Below are positions 36,078-45,738 of a stretch of 64,000 bases of DNA, piece by piece. The stretch lies in IMG/VR virus record IMGVR_UViG_3300021197_001653, positions 1 through 64,000 of that record; one strand, 5' to 3'. The notes beneath the pieces were generated by a model. That model did no database searches and was not told the DNA's origin. It saw nothing but the letters and a program-made list of their open reading frames with translations. A program made the position numbers and the translations under genes. Within the stretch, counting starts at the first letter, position 1. Every line of letters begins with the position of its first letter. This stretch comes from a virus.

Positions 36078-36670
36078 TGAATATAATAAAAAATAATTGG
36101 AAAAACTTATTAATAAGTGCTGGAATCGTTTTTGGGATGTTATATTTTTTAAATCCTAAAATAGAAGAAGTTGAAGTTCCTGTTAGGATAGAGGTGAAAG
36201 TTCCTGTAATAGAGAAAGTACATGATACTATAGAAAAACCTGTGCCTTATAAGGTATTAGTAGACTCTCCTGTTAACGAGCAATTGAGAGATAGCCTTAG
36301 TGAAGCTAAATCGGTTATAGACTCTCTAAGGGCTTATAAAGCATTTACTGTTAAAAGACAATACACACAATCATTTGATGATGAAACCCAAACAATAACT
36401 GTATTTGCTGAGACTACTGGTACATTAGATAAGTTACAGGCTAGTTATAAGACTAAACCTAAGACTATATTACTTGATACAGTATTAACAATAAAAGTTC
36501 CTAAATATAATAAGTTCTTTGGTGGTATTAGTGTAGGTGTCCCTGTTAATAATAATATAAAACCTATATTTAAGGCTGATTTATACTTAAAAACTAAAAA
36601 TAATAATCTTTGGAACATATCTTTTGATACACAAAGGATAGTGTGGATAGGGCATGCGTGGGAATTTTAA
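36077..36670 (+). CDS. spanin-like / membrane-anchored lysis protein
   Basis: N-terminal TM, coiled coil, C-terminal amphipathic beta strands ending in Phe; follows the endolysin. Confidence 0.5.
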   Translation: MNIIKNNWKNLLISAGIVFGMLYFLNPKIEEVEVPVRIEVKVPVIEKVHDTIEKPVPYKVLVDSPVNEQLRDSLSEAKSVIDSLRAYKAFTVKRQYTQSFDDETQTITVFAETTGTLDKLQASYKTKPKTILLDTVLTIKVPKYNKFFGGISVGVPVNNNIKPIFKADLYLKTKNNNLWNISFDTQRIVWIGHAWEF

Positions 36671-36710
36671 TATAAATAATAAAATAAATTAGAAAAAAGT
36701 ACTAAAATAT

Positions 36711-36741
36711 TAGGATATTAAAGAAATATTTCGTACCTTTG
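36711..36741 (+). promoter_or_regulatory. Bacteroidota-type promoter
   Basis: TAG(36711)-N20-TACCTTTG(36734-36741). Confidence 0.7.
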
Positions 36742-36772
36742 TATTAAATAACTTAATTAAAATAAAATAAAT

Positions 36773-37723
36773 ATGGGAGAAACTACAATAAGTAGAGAAG
36801 AAATAATAGAATTTTTACTGAATAAAAAAGGATATTTAAAAGAGGGGGCTAAGAGATTAAGAAACCATTTATATAATAAAGGATTTATAACAAGTGTAAA
36901 AACATGTAAATTAGCATTAAAAGAAGCTAGAACAAGAGAAAAAGAAAAAAATATTAAATTAAATAGTAAGAGCGCTAGAGTTCTTATATATGATATAGAA
37001 ACTAGTCCTAACTTAGGTTGGTTTTGGAGATCAGGATATAAATTAAACATTACACCTAATCAAATAACTAAAGAAAGAGCTATTATATGTGTATCATATA
37101 AATGGTTAGATGAAGATCAAGTATATAATCTGGCTTGGGATAAAAATCAATGTGATAAATTTTTAATAGAACAATTCACAGAGGTTTTAAATGAAGCTGA
37201 TTTAATAGTTGCTCATAATGGTGATAGATTTGATATTAAATGGTTAAAAACTAGAGCTTTATTTCATAGAATACCAATGTTACCTAATTATAAACAGTTT
37301 GATACATTAAAAGTAGCTAAGAGTAAATTACTACTTAATTCTAATAGATTGGACTATATAGCTAAATTTTTAGGTCATGAAGGTAAGAATAATACATCTA
37401 TTAATTTATGGTTAGATATTATGTTTAAAAAGTGTAAGACAGCAATGAATACAATGTTAGAATATTGCGATGAAGATGTTAGACAACTAGAAAATATATA
37501 TAATGAATTAAAATATTTAGATAACCCTAAATTACATTCAGGAGTTATTCAAGGTAAAGTAAAACAAACTTCACCTATTGATGGAGGAGTTAATATTAAA
37601 ATGATTAAATCTGTTACCACTAATAGAGGAACAATTAAATACATAATGCAAGATTTAGATAATAAGAGATTTTTTGAAATGTCTGAATCAAATTATAAAA
37701 AATACATTGAGATTAATAAATAA
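36773..37723 (+). CDS. RNase H-like DEDDy 3'-5' exonuclease
   Basis: DIETS, AHNGDRFD, DTLK, LDYIAKFLG, YCDED. Confidence 0.85.
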   Translation: MGETTISREEIIEFLLNKKGYLKEGAKRLRNHLYNKGFITSVKTCKLALKEARTREKEKNIKLNSKSARVLIYDIETSPNLGWFWRSGYKLNITPNQITKERAIICVSYKWLDEDQVYNLAWDKNQCDKFLIEQFTEVLNEADLIVAHNGDRFDIKWLKTRALFHRIPMLPNYKQFDTLKVAKSKLLLNSNRLDYIAKFLGHEGKNNTSINLWLDIMFKKCKTAMNTMLEYCDEDVRQLENIYNELKYLDNPKLHSGVIQGKVKQTSPIDGGVNIKMIKSVTTNRGTIKYIMQDLDNKRFFEMSESNYKKYIEINK

Positions 37724-37733
37724 TATATAAACT

Positions 37734-37778
37734 AAGCCCTAAGAGCGTTTTAAAAATGTTCTAAGGGCTTTTATTTTT
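37734..37778 (+). terminator. intrinsic terminator
   Basis: AAGCCCT-AGAGCGTT/AATGTTCT-AGGGCTT followed by TTATTTTT. Confidence 0.8.
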
Positions 37779-37784
37779 AAAAAT

Positions 37785-38465
37785 ATGGCAAAGGTTAATG
37801 AAATAATATATGACGTTAGAGAAGCTTTAAAACAGTTTTCTGATGATAGTGAGATATCTGATAGATATATTTTATATTTATATAATAATAAAAGATCTAA
37901 ATATCTACGTCAAGATTTAAATAATTACTTAAAGACTGCTGATAATTCTATACAACAATCATTTTGTATTAGTATAGAAGAAGTATCTGTAAATGAATGT
38001 AGTATATCTTTTGATTGTGAGACAATTATGAGGACTACAACAAAGATACCAACACCTTTAGAGTTACATAGTAAGACAGCAATTACAAAAGTTAAACCAT
38101 CTATTAAGATAGCATTACCTTTTAACTTCATAAGTAAAGAGAAGGCTTATTATTTAGAAGGTTCAAAATTCCCTAATTCAATATATAGTTTTTTAGATGT
38201 TGATGGTTATATATACTTATATAGTAAATCACCAGTAGCTAAATTAATGGAATGTATTAATATAACAGGTATATTTGAAAATCCTTCATCATTATCTGAT
38301 TTTAGAGAGGGTTGTAGTGATACTAGCCCCTCTTGTTTTAATGAAGCTATTTCAGAATATCCTTTACAACCACATTATATTGACTTAATTAGAAAAGAGA
38401 TTGTTCAAGATCTTATGAATGAGAGTCAAAATAAAGAAGATAAAACTAATAACTCAACTGATTAA
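37785..38465 (+). CDS. tail ring protein
   Basis: SDDSEISDRYI...GIFENP...YPL motifs; crAss tail block synteny. Confidence 0.7.
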   Translation: MAKVNEIIYDVREALKQFSDDSEISDRYILYLYNNKRSKYLRQDLNNYLKTADNSIQQSFCISIEEVSVNECSISFDCETIMRTTTKIPTPLELHSKTAITKVKPSIKIALPFNFISKEKAYYLEGSKFPNSIYSFLDVDGYIYLYSKSPVAKLMECINITGIFENPSSLSDFREGCSDTSPSCFNEAISEYPLQPHYIDLIRKEIVQDLMNESQNKEDKTNNSTD

Positions 38466-38971
38466 TGGATAAAAGGATACATAAAAATAAAAAGGATTAT
38501 GGAATAACAGATTATAGAATTTATTATAATAATAAATATAATAAAGATATATCTAAAAGCTTATATAATAAAATTATAACTGATTTTAATAATGAAATTA
38601 AAAATATGATTATAAATAATAATCTTATTTATAAAATGCCTTCTTTAAATTTAGAAATATTAATTAAAAAAGAAAAAAGAATTCCTATAATAAAGAATGG
38701 TAAGCTGATTAATAACATACCTCCCGATTGGAAAAAAACTAATGCATTATGGGCTAAAGACCCTGAAGCTAAAGAAAAGAAAATATTAGTAAGATATAAT
38801 AATTCACATACATCTAATTATATATATAGGATATATTGTAAGAAATTTAATTGTAATATTAAAAATAAGAATTTAATTAAGTTTAAACCTAATAGAACTT
38901 TTCAAAGAGATTTAGCTAAAAGAATAAAAGATAAAAATCAAGATAATTTAAATGCTTATCTATTATATTAA
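38465..38971 (+). CDS. IHF-like basic protein
   Basis: PPDWKKT...HTSNYIYRI...FKPNR motifs; conserved position in the crAss tail block. Confidence 0.65.
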   Translation: MDKRIHKNKKDYGITDYRIYYNNKYNKDISKSLYNKIITDFNNEIKNMIINNNLIYKMPSLNLEILIKKEKRIPIIKNGKLINNIPPDWKKTNALWAKDPEAKEKKILVRYNNSHTSNYIYRIYCKKFNCNIKNKNLIKFKPNRTFQRDLAKRIKDKNQDNLNAYLLY

Positions 38972-39008
38972 TATGGAAGATTTAACAACAATTTAAAAAT
39001 AAAATAAA

Positions 39009-39725
39009 ATGTATAACGGACAAACAGTTTCTTTAAAAGAAATACTATGGAAAACACTAAATCATCCTTTAGCTGCGGATTTAACTTATGAAATAGCAGC
39101 TGAGAGTGCAATAGAGTGTCTAAGATTAATAGGAGCACCTTTATTATTTGAGGATAAAGTTACTGATCCTAAACTAATTGTTGAGAATCACAAAGCTTTA
39201 TTACCAGCAAATATAATTGAATTAAGAGGTGTAAGATTAATACAAAAAGATGATTATCCTGAAAGAAGTGCAATTGCATTACGACATGCTACAGATATAT
39301 ATCATAAATCCAAAAATAAAAATACTTTAGAAGAGTTTACTTATACTACTCAAAATGGAGTTATATATACTTCTTTTCCTGATGGTTGTATTGAAGTTTC
39401 TTATAAAGCACTATCATGTGATAAAGATGGTTTTCCACTTATACCAGATAATGTTAAAGTTAAATTAGCAATAAGATATTATATATTATATGAATATTTA
39501 GCGCCATTAGCTGATATAGGTAAAATAACAGATAAAGCATTTCATAGAATAGAATATAATTCTAATTGGTATATGGGTGCTGCTCAAACATCTATGCAAT
39601 TACAAAGTATGGATCATTTAGAATCAGCAATGAATGCTATAAATAGAATAATAGTTAATACTGACTTACATAAGCAATTTTATAAAGGTTCAGGAGAAAA
39701 AGAAAGAATTAAAAGATATAACTAA
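39009..39725 (+). CDS. tail ring / tubular protein
   Basis: IYTSF..G.IEVSYKA...DKDGFPLIPDN motif; synteny. Confidence 0.75.
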   Translation: MYNGQTVSLKEILWKTLNHPLAADLTYEIAAESAIECLRLIGAPLLFEDKVTDPKLIVENHKALLPANIIELRGVRLIQKDDYPERSAIALRHATDIYHKSKNKNTLEEFTYTTQNGVIYTSFPDGCIEVSYKALSCDKDGFPLIPDNVKVKLAIRYYILYEYLAPLADIGKITDKAFHRIEYNSNWYMGAAQTSMQLQSMDHLESAMNAINRIIVNTDLHKQFYKGSGEKERIKRYN

Positions 39726-42700
39726 TGAATAAACAATCTAAATTTACATATAGTGGGTTAAATCAAGATATTAGTAAATCTAAACACCCTCTTCAATTCT
39801 ATTACGATGCTAAAAATATTAGAATTGTAAATACAAATGACCAAAGTTCTGAATCAATAAGTAATGATAAAGGTACTTTATTCATATTAGAAATACCTAA
39901 TGTAACTATTAATAGTGATAACAATAGTATTGATTATAATAATAAACAGTTATCATTTACAAATAGTCCCGGTAATCAAATATTAAATAGTTCTTTACCT
40001 TCATCAAGTAATAATCAAAAAATTATAGGTCATACAGTAACTAATAATAGTATTATATTATTATCAACAGACGATAATGGTTTTGATTGTATTTGGGAAG
40101 TAAAAGAATTATTTGAAAACATATTTGATTTAGAATTATTATACTGTAGGGATTTAAATTTTTCAATTAATAACCCTATTCAAATACTTTTTAATTATGA
40201 AAATGAAAAAATACAGAAAATATATTGGGTTGATGGTGTAAATCAATTAAGATTTGTAAATATAATGCATAGTATAACTAATGGGGATTTAGAGAATTTA
40301 ATCGATATAAATTCAAATTCTCTAAATATAGTTAGTGATTATACATTATCTCAACCTGTATTGGATAGTATTTCAGGTGGTGGTGACCATACATCTGGTA
40401 TGATACAGTATTCATATAATTTATATAAATTAAATGGTTCACAAACTACAATTTCACCTTTTAGTGAATTAATATATTTAGATAAAGGAGCTACATTGGG
40501 TGGTGGGGACACTAATGAAATAGTTGGTAGTATACCTTTAGTAAAAATTAATGTATTAGATGATAATTATACACATATAAAAGTATATGCTATAAAATAT
40601 ACATCTTATAATGAAATACCTTCTATATCTCTTATTAAAGATGAGGAAATAGATTCTTTTTCTAGTTATAGTTTTACTGATGATGGTAATAAAATTAGTG
40701 ATTTAAGCACATCTGAATTTATATTTTTAGGATCAAACCCTATTACACCTAAACATATAGAATCTAAAGATAATAGATTATTTGTTTCTAATTATACAGA
40801 GACAGCTTATGATTTAAATATAGATATGAGGGCTTATGGTCATGATTCATTAGGTTCATCTAAATTATATACAGGTAATGTTTTATTTGTAAATAATGTA
40901 TTAACAGGTAACTTTCAATCATTTAGCGCTGGTCAAGAATTATCATCTTATAATTATAGTACTAAATTAGATGCTATTAATCCAAATTATGATACATATA
41001 AATATCAGAAGAATGGTTCTATAGTAGGTGGTGAAGGTTTATATGTTACGTATGAATTAGTTCAAAAAGTATCTAGTCAATTACGTGGTAATATAAAATA
41101 TAATAGATTCTTAAAAGATAATGAAATATATAGAATTGGTATTCAATTTTATAATAAATTAGGTCAAAAAACTGATGTTAAATGGATAGCTGATTTTAAA
41201 ACTCCTTCTGGAAATTTACAAGGTAATTATAATGTACTTAAAGTTGATATTAAACAAACTGAATTTAATGATTATATTAACTCATTAAACTTAACAGGTA
41301 ATGATATACCTACTGGATATAAAATAGTAAGGGCAGAAAGGAATATAAAAGATATGACAATACTTTGTCAAGGTTCTTTAACTGGTATGATGCTTCAGAC
41401 AACACAAGATGCTAAAAATTATAATTATTGGAAAACAGAGGTTAATAGAGCTAATCATTCTAAAAATGAGGTTAAATTACCTATACCATTAAGTAGAGGT
41501 TTTGTATTACCTTCTACAGAAACATCTTTATTTCCTACTTCTAATTTAACACAAATGAATGAAGGTAGGTCTGAAAAACTTGATGAAATATATAGAGATA
41601 ATGATACTGATTATAAAAGACAACAATCTTGGCAATATACTAAAATGATGCAAATGCATTCACCTGATATATTATTCAATACAGGTTTAGTATTTGGTAA
41701 TGGTTTAAGTTTAAGAGTTAAAGGTATGGTTCAACATACTACAACACATCATAGATATAATAAAATAAATACAGTTAGTAAATCTATTGTAGAAAATGAT
41801 GTTTATTACAATATAAATAATTTAAGATCTAGAAGAAAAGCTGAATCTTTTGGTACGTTTGGACCAGTATATGATGGTGAAACGGATAATAGGACTGATT
41901 TTTTATCATATAATAGAAGATATGGTTATTATATAAATGGTGAGAATGAAGATAATATTATATATGGTAGTCCAGAAATAACTGAGAGAGGACAGGGTAC
42001 AACTGCTTATAATGGAGATAGTAGATATAATTATACAAATAGTTTAGAATCAGTTATATCAGACCAATATAAAGGTAGTAGTAGAGATGATGCTGCTATG
42101 GAAGGTATTAATAGTTTTGGTGAGAGGTGTTTAACTATAGTTCTTGGTGCAGACAATTCTCTTGAAGCAGATAGACCTGCTATGGAAGATATTGTACCAT
42201 CTAACATTGGTAATATAAACGGATTACTATTAACTGAAGTAGTAAGACCAACATCTTATATTTATACAGGAGATATATATGGTGGTTTATCTGTAGAAGA
42301 TAAATCTAGAACTACTTATATTGAGATAGGTCCTTATAATGATATTTCTGCTGTAGCTGAAGATATAGAGAACTGTGGTGATATATATGTACAATTATAT
42401 AGATTTGGTAGACTATTAAAAACAGATACTGAAGTGTATGATCCTACAAAATTACAATTAACTGAAATTATAGAGCACCCTATTGAATCAACAGTTAACC
42501 TATTGAATAGAAATGATATTTCTTTATTAGGATGGGATAATAAATTTCAACCTAGATATGATGAGTTTCATAATTATAACAGAGTGTATAGCCAATTGTC
42601 TAATTTAATAAAAGCATCTACTGATTCATTTAAATTTAAAAAAATAAATCAGTTTAGCACAAGAATTATATCATCTAAACTTAAAGTTCCTGGTGAATTT

Positions 42701-43699
42701 ATAGATAGTTGGACAGACTTTTTAGAAAATGAGACAATGGATTTAGATGGTAAATATGGTTCAATTAATAGTTTAATTAACGCTAATGATATGATATATG
42801 CTTTACAAGATAGTGCTATATCAAAATTAAGTATTAACCCTAGGATTCAAACACAAGGTAGTGATGGCTTAGGTATTGAATTAGGTACAGGTGGTATATT
42901 ATATGACTATAACTATATATCTACTAAATCAGGTACAGTAAATAAATGGTCTGTTTTTAACACACCTTATGGGTTTTATTACTTTGATTTATTAAATAAG
43001 AGTTACAATAGGGTAAGTAAAGGTATAGAAAATTTATCTTCATTAAAAGGTTTACATGCTCATTTTCAAAATAATATAGACTATACGCAATTAATTAAAG
43101 ATAACCCTTTATTACAACAAGGTGTTGTAGGTGGTTATAATAATATTAATAAAGAATCTTTTTTAACTGTATTACAAGGTAGTGAAAGTTTTACTATTGG
43201 ATTTAATGATAAAAAAGATTACTTTACTAGTTTTTATGATTTATTACCTAACATGTATATAAATAAAGGTTTTAAATCTTTGCTTATTAATCCTGATAAT
43301 AATAAGTTATATGATTTAGGTGAGGGTGAATATAGTAATTATTTTGATGTTAAATATCCTTCTTATATAACACTAATACTTAATCCTGAATCAGATTTAG
43401 ATTGTATATTTGATAATATAGAGTTTAATTCTGAAATTTATTTAAACGATATAGATCAACCTAATAATACATTAACTCATATACAAGCATATAATGAATA
43501 CCAAAATAGTGGTAAGATACCATTAATATTAGGAAGAAGTACAAATTTAAGAAGGAAATTTAGAAAATGGAGAGCTGATATACCTAGAGAAGGTAGGAAT
43601 AGAATAAGAAATCCTTGGATATTTTTAAAATTAGAATTAGATAGTGAAACAAATTATAAAATGATATTACATGATATAGTTGTAAATTATACAGTATAA
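39725..43699 (+). CDS. muzzle / tail stabilization (nozzle) protein
   Basis: 1324 aa; GLNQDISK..YYDAKNIR, IYWVDGVNQLR, EIYRIGIQF, RRKFRKW motifs. Confidence 0.85.
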   Translation: MNKQSKFTYSGLNQDISKSKHPLQFYYDAKNIRIVNTNDQSSESISNDKGTLFILEIPNVTINSDNNSIDYNNKQLSFTNSPGNQILNSSLPSSSNNQKIIGHTVTNNSIILLSTDDNGFDCIWEVKELFENIFDLELLYCRDLNFSINNPIQILFNYENEKIQKIYWVDGVNQLRFVNIMHSITNGDLENLIDINSNSLNIVSDYTLSQPVLDSISGGGDHTSGMIQYSYNLYKLNGSQTTISPFSELIYLDKGATLGGGDTNEIVGSIPLVKINVLDDNYTHIKVYAIKYTSYNEIPSISLIKDEEIDSFSSYSFTDDGNKISDLSTSEFIFLGSNPITPKHIESKDNRLFVSNYTETAYDLNIDMRAYGHDSLGSSKLYTGNVLFVNNVLTGNFQSFSAGQELSSYNYSTKLDAINPNYDTYKYQKNGSIVGGEGLYVTYELVQKVSSQLRGNIKYNRFLKDNEIYRIGIQFYNKLGQKTDVKWIADFKTPSGNLQGNYNVLKVDIKQTEFNDYINSLNLTGNDIPTGYKIVRAERNIKDMTILCQGSLTGMMLQTTQDAKNYNYWKTEVNRANHSKNEVKLPIPLSRGFVLPSTETSLFPTSNLTQMNEGRSEKLDEIYRDNDTDYKRQQSWQYTKMMQMHSPDILFNTGLVFGNGLSLRVKGMVQHTTTHHRYNKINTVSKSIVENDVYYNINNLRSRRKAESFGTFGPVYDGETDNRTDFLSYNRRYGYYINGENEDNIIYGSPEITERGQGTTAYNGDSRYNYTNSLESVISDQYKGSSRDDAAMEGINSFGERCLTIVLGADNSLEADRPAMEDIVPSNIGNINGLLLTEVVRPTSYIYTGDIYGGLSVEDKSRTTYIEIGPYNDISAVAEDIENCGDIYVQLYRFGRLLKTDTEVYDPTKLQLTEIIEHPIESTVNLLNRNDISLLGWDNKFQPRYDEFHNYNRVYSQLSNLIKASTDSFKFKKINQFSTRIISSKLKVPGEFIDSWTDFLENETMDLDGKYGSINSLINANDMIYALQDSAISKLSINPRIQTQGSDGLGIELGTGGILYDYNYISTKSGTVNKWSVFNTPYGFYYFDLLNKSYNRVSKGIENLSSLKGLHAHFQNNIDYTQLIKDNPLLQQGVVGGYNNINKESFLTVLQGSESFTIGFNDKKDYFTSFYDLLPNMYINKGFKSLLINPDNNKLYDLGEGEYSNYFDVKYPSYITLILNPESDLDCIFDNIEFNSEIYLNDIDQPNNTLTHIQAYNEYQNSGKIPLILGRSTNLRRKFRKWRADIPREGRNRIRNPWIFLKLELDSETNYKMILHDIVVNYTV

Positions 43700-43731
43700 T
43701 AATATTTATTATAAATAAACTATAAATAAAT

Positions 43732-43762
43732 TTGGTTTATTCAATAATTTTTAGTATATTTG
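43732..43762 (+). promoter_or_regulatory. promoter of cargo/RNAP operon
   Basis: TTG(43732)-N20-TATATTTG(43755-43762). Confidence 0.8.
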
Positions 43763-43812
43763 CAGTTCAATTATAGAATTTAAACTCATTTTATAAAATT
43801 TAATTAAGTTAG

Positions 43813-43847
43813 TATAGGGGTATTATAATAAATATCCCTATATTTTT
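43813..43847 (+). terminator. terminator-like hairpin in the cargo operon leader
   Basis: TATAGGGGTATT-loop-AATATCCCTATA followed by TTTTT. Confidence 0.65.
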
Positions 43848-43857
43848 AAAATAAGAT

Positions 43858-45738
43858 ATGAAAAATAAATATTTAAATGAATTTAATGAAGGTGGAAAAC
43901 ACTCTCAAAATCCTTTAGGTGGGATACCTCAAGGAATTGGTAGTAATGGTAAGCCTAATTTAGTTGAACAAGGTGAGACATCCTTTGATAGTAAAAATGG
44001 TAAATACATTTTTAGCGACAGTTTAGAAACAAATGACATTATGAAAATAGATTTAATTAGCGAGTTTAATTTACCTAAATATATTAAGGGTAAATCTTTT
44101 TCTGAAGCTAGCAAAGCTATTAATAATAAGTTTAAAGATAGAAATGATAAAGCGTCTTTAAATACACAAAAAGAATTATTAAATAGACTTACAGAAGCCC
44201 AAGAATATACTAAAATGCAGAAAGCATTAAAAAATAATTCACAAGAGGTACCTGATAATATGAATGGGGTTGTTCCGGAAGGGATGAATCAATTCAATGA
44301 AGGTGGTTTTTCTAATTTTATAAAAGAAAATGGTGAAGGTATTGCTTCTGCTGGAAGCGGGGCATTAAAGATGATTGGTAATTTAAGTGGCGAGGGTGTT
44401 TCAACTAATGCTGCATCTGCTGGATTATCTGGGGCTGCTGAAGGTGCAATGGCTGGAGCTGCTTTAGGTCCATTAGGAGCTATTGGAGGAGGTATATTAG
44501 GAGGTGTAACAAGTTTAATTGGATCTGGTAAAGCTAAAAAAGAGCTTTTAGAGAAAAATATGAATGATACACAAGGTTTTAGAAATGACAAATTAAATAC
44601 ATTTAAGTATGGTGGTAGTTTAAGATCTAATAAATATGCATTAGGAGGTCAAATAGATCCTAATGATAGTAGAATTCCTGAATATGCCCAAGGTGATAAA
44701 AGATTTGAAGGTGTGCCATTTAGAAGTAATAGGTACGAAAGGTTATTATCTGATATAAAGAAAAAACATAATACTTCAATTGATACAAGTGGTGTAAGTG
44801 ATTTATATAGAGCGGCACCATTAGCTAAATCAGTACAAGGTGGTTCACCAAGTGCATTAGGAACATATAGAGATTTACTTATGAAAGGTCGTAAAGGTAG
44901 ACCAGAAACAACCCCTATTACAGAAGCTGATATGAAATTAGATCTTTTAAAGGGTATTAATAGCACAACATCTAATTCATTTAGAAATGGTGGATCTATA
45001 TCATCATTAAAACCATTAACAACAAAAGAAGATTTACAATTTAGAGCTAATCCTTTAGATAATTTAAATACACCCACTTTACAAGGTAGACCATCCCCTG
45101 AATTACCAAAAGAACAAAGTAATTTTAGAAAACTATTAGGTCAAGGAGCTAGTTATTTAAAAGATAATGCACCTAAATTAGCAAGGTTAGCTCCTGTAGC
45201 TACGAATGCATTACAATTATCTAACTTAAAAAGACCTCAACATGAATCTTTAAATAGATTAAATACTAGATATAAAAGAGATTTAGTAGATGAGAAGACT
45301 TTACAAAATTTAGTTAATGAACAATACGGCGGTACAGCTGAAAAACTTGCTAATGCAGCAGGTGGCTCAACAAGTGGGTTGAGAGCTAGTTTATTAGGAG
45401 CTCAATTAAACAAATCAAAAGCTTTATCAGATGCTTTTTCAAGAGCTGATCAAAATAATAGATCTGAAAATGAATTATCTCAAAAATTTAATTTAGGTGT
45501 TGATAAAATTAATTTACAACAAGATAATTTAGAAGGTGATATAAATGCTAAGAATAGAGGATCATTTGAAAGTAATAAGTCTAAATTAATATCCCAACTT
45601 GGTACTGATGTGGGTCGTATTGGTAAAGAAGCTAGTCAAATGGCATCAGTAGCTAAAATGTTTGGTTATACTTGGGATGGTAAATTCATGAGAGATAAGA
45701 AAGGTAAAATAATTAACCTTAATAAAGGAACTAAATAA
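43858..45738 (+). CDS. ejected cargo protein 1 (glycine-zipper TM)
   Basis: GGKHSQNPLGGI..VEQGET N-terminal domain; GAMAGAALGPLGAIGGGILGG; no Cys. Confidence 0.75.
   Translation: MKNKYLNEFNEGGKHSQNPLGGIPQGIGSNGKPNLVEQGETSFDSKNGKYIFSDSLETNDIMKIDLISEFNLPKYIKGKSFSEASKAINNKFKDRNDKASLNTQKELLNRLTEAQEYTKMQKALKNNSQEVPDNMNGVVPEGMNQFNEGGFSNFIKENGEGIASAGSGALKMIGNLSGEGVSTNAASAGLSGAAEGAMAGAALGPLGAIGGGILGGVTSLIGSGKAKKELLEKNMNDTQGFRNDKLNTFKYGGSLRSNKYALGGQIDPNDSRIPEYAQGDKRFEGVPFRSNRYERLLSDIKKKHNTSIDTSGVSDLYRAAPLAKSVQGGSPSALGTYRDLLMKGRKGRPETTPITEADMKLDLLKGINSTTSNSFRNGGSISSLKPLTTKEDLQFRANPLDNLNTPTLQGRPSPELPKEQSNFRKLLGQGASYLKDNAPKLARLAPVATNALQLSNLKRPQHESLNRLNTRYKRDLVDEKTLQNLVNEQYGGTAEKLANAAGGSTSGLRASLLGAQLNKSKALSDAFSRADQNNRSENELSQKFNLGVDKINLQQDNLEGDINAKNRGSFESNKSKLISQLGTDVGRIGKEASQMASVAKMFGYTWDGKFMRDKKGKIINLNKGTK

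Noticed and set aside
43686-43700. Palindrome ATTATAC-A-GTATAAT upstream of the cargo promoter
   Set aside because: Single AT-rich instance that differs in sequence and spacing from the AATAGCTATT motif; likely chance.
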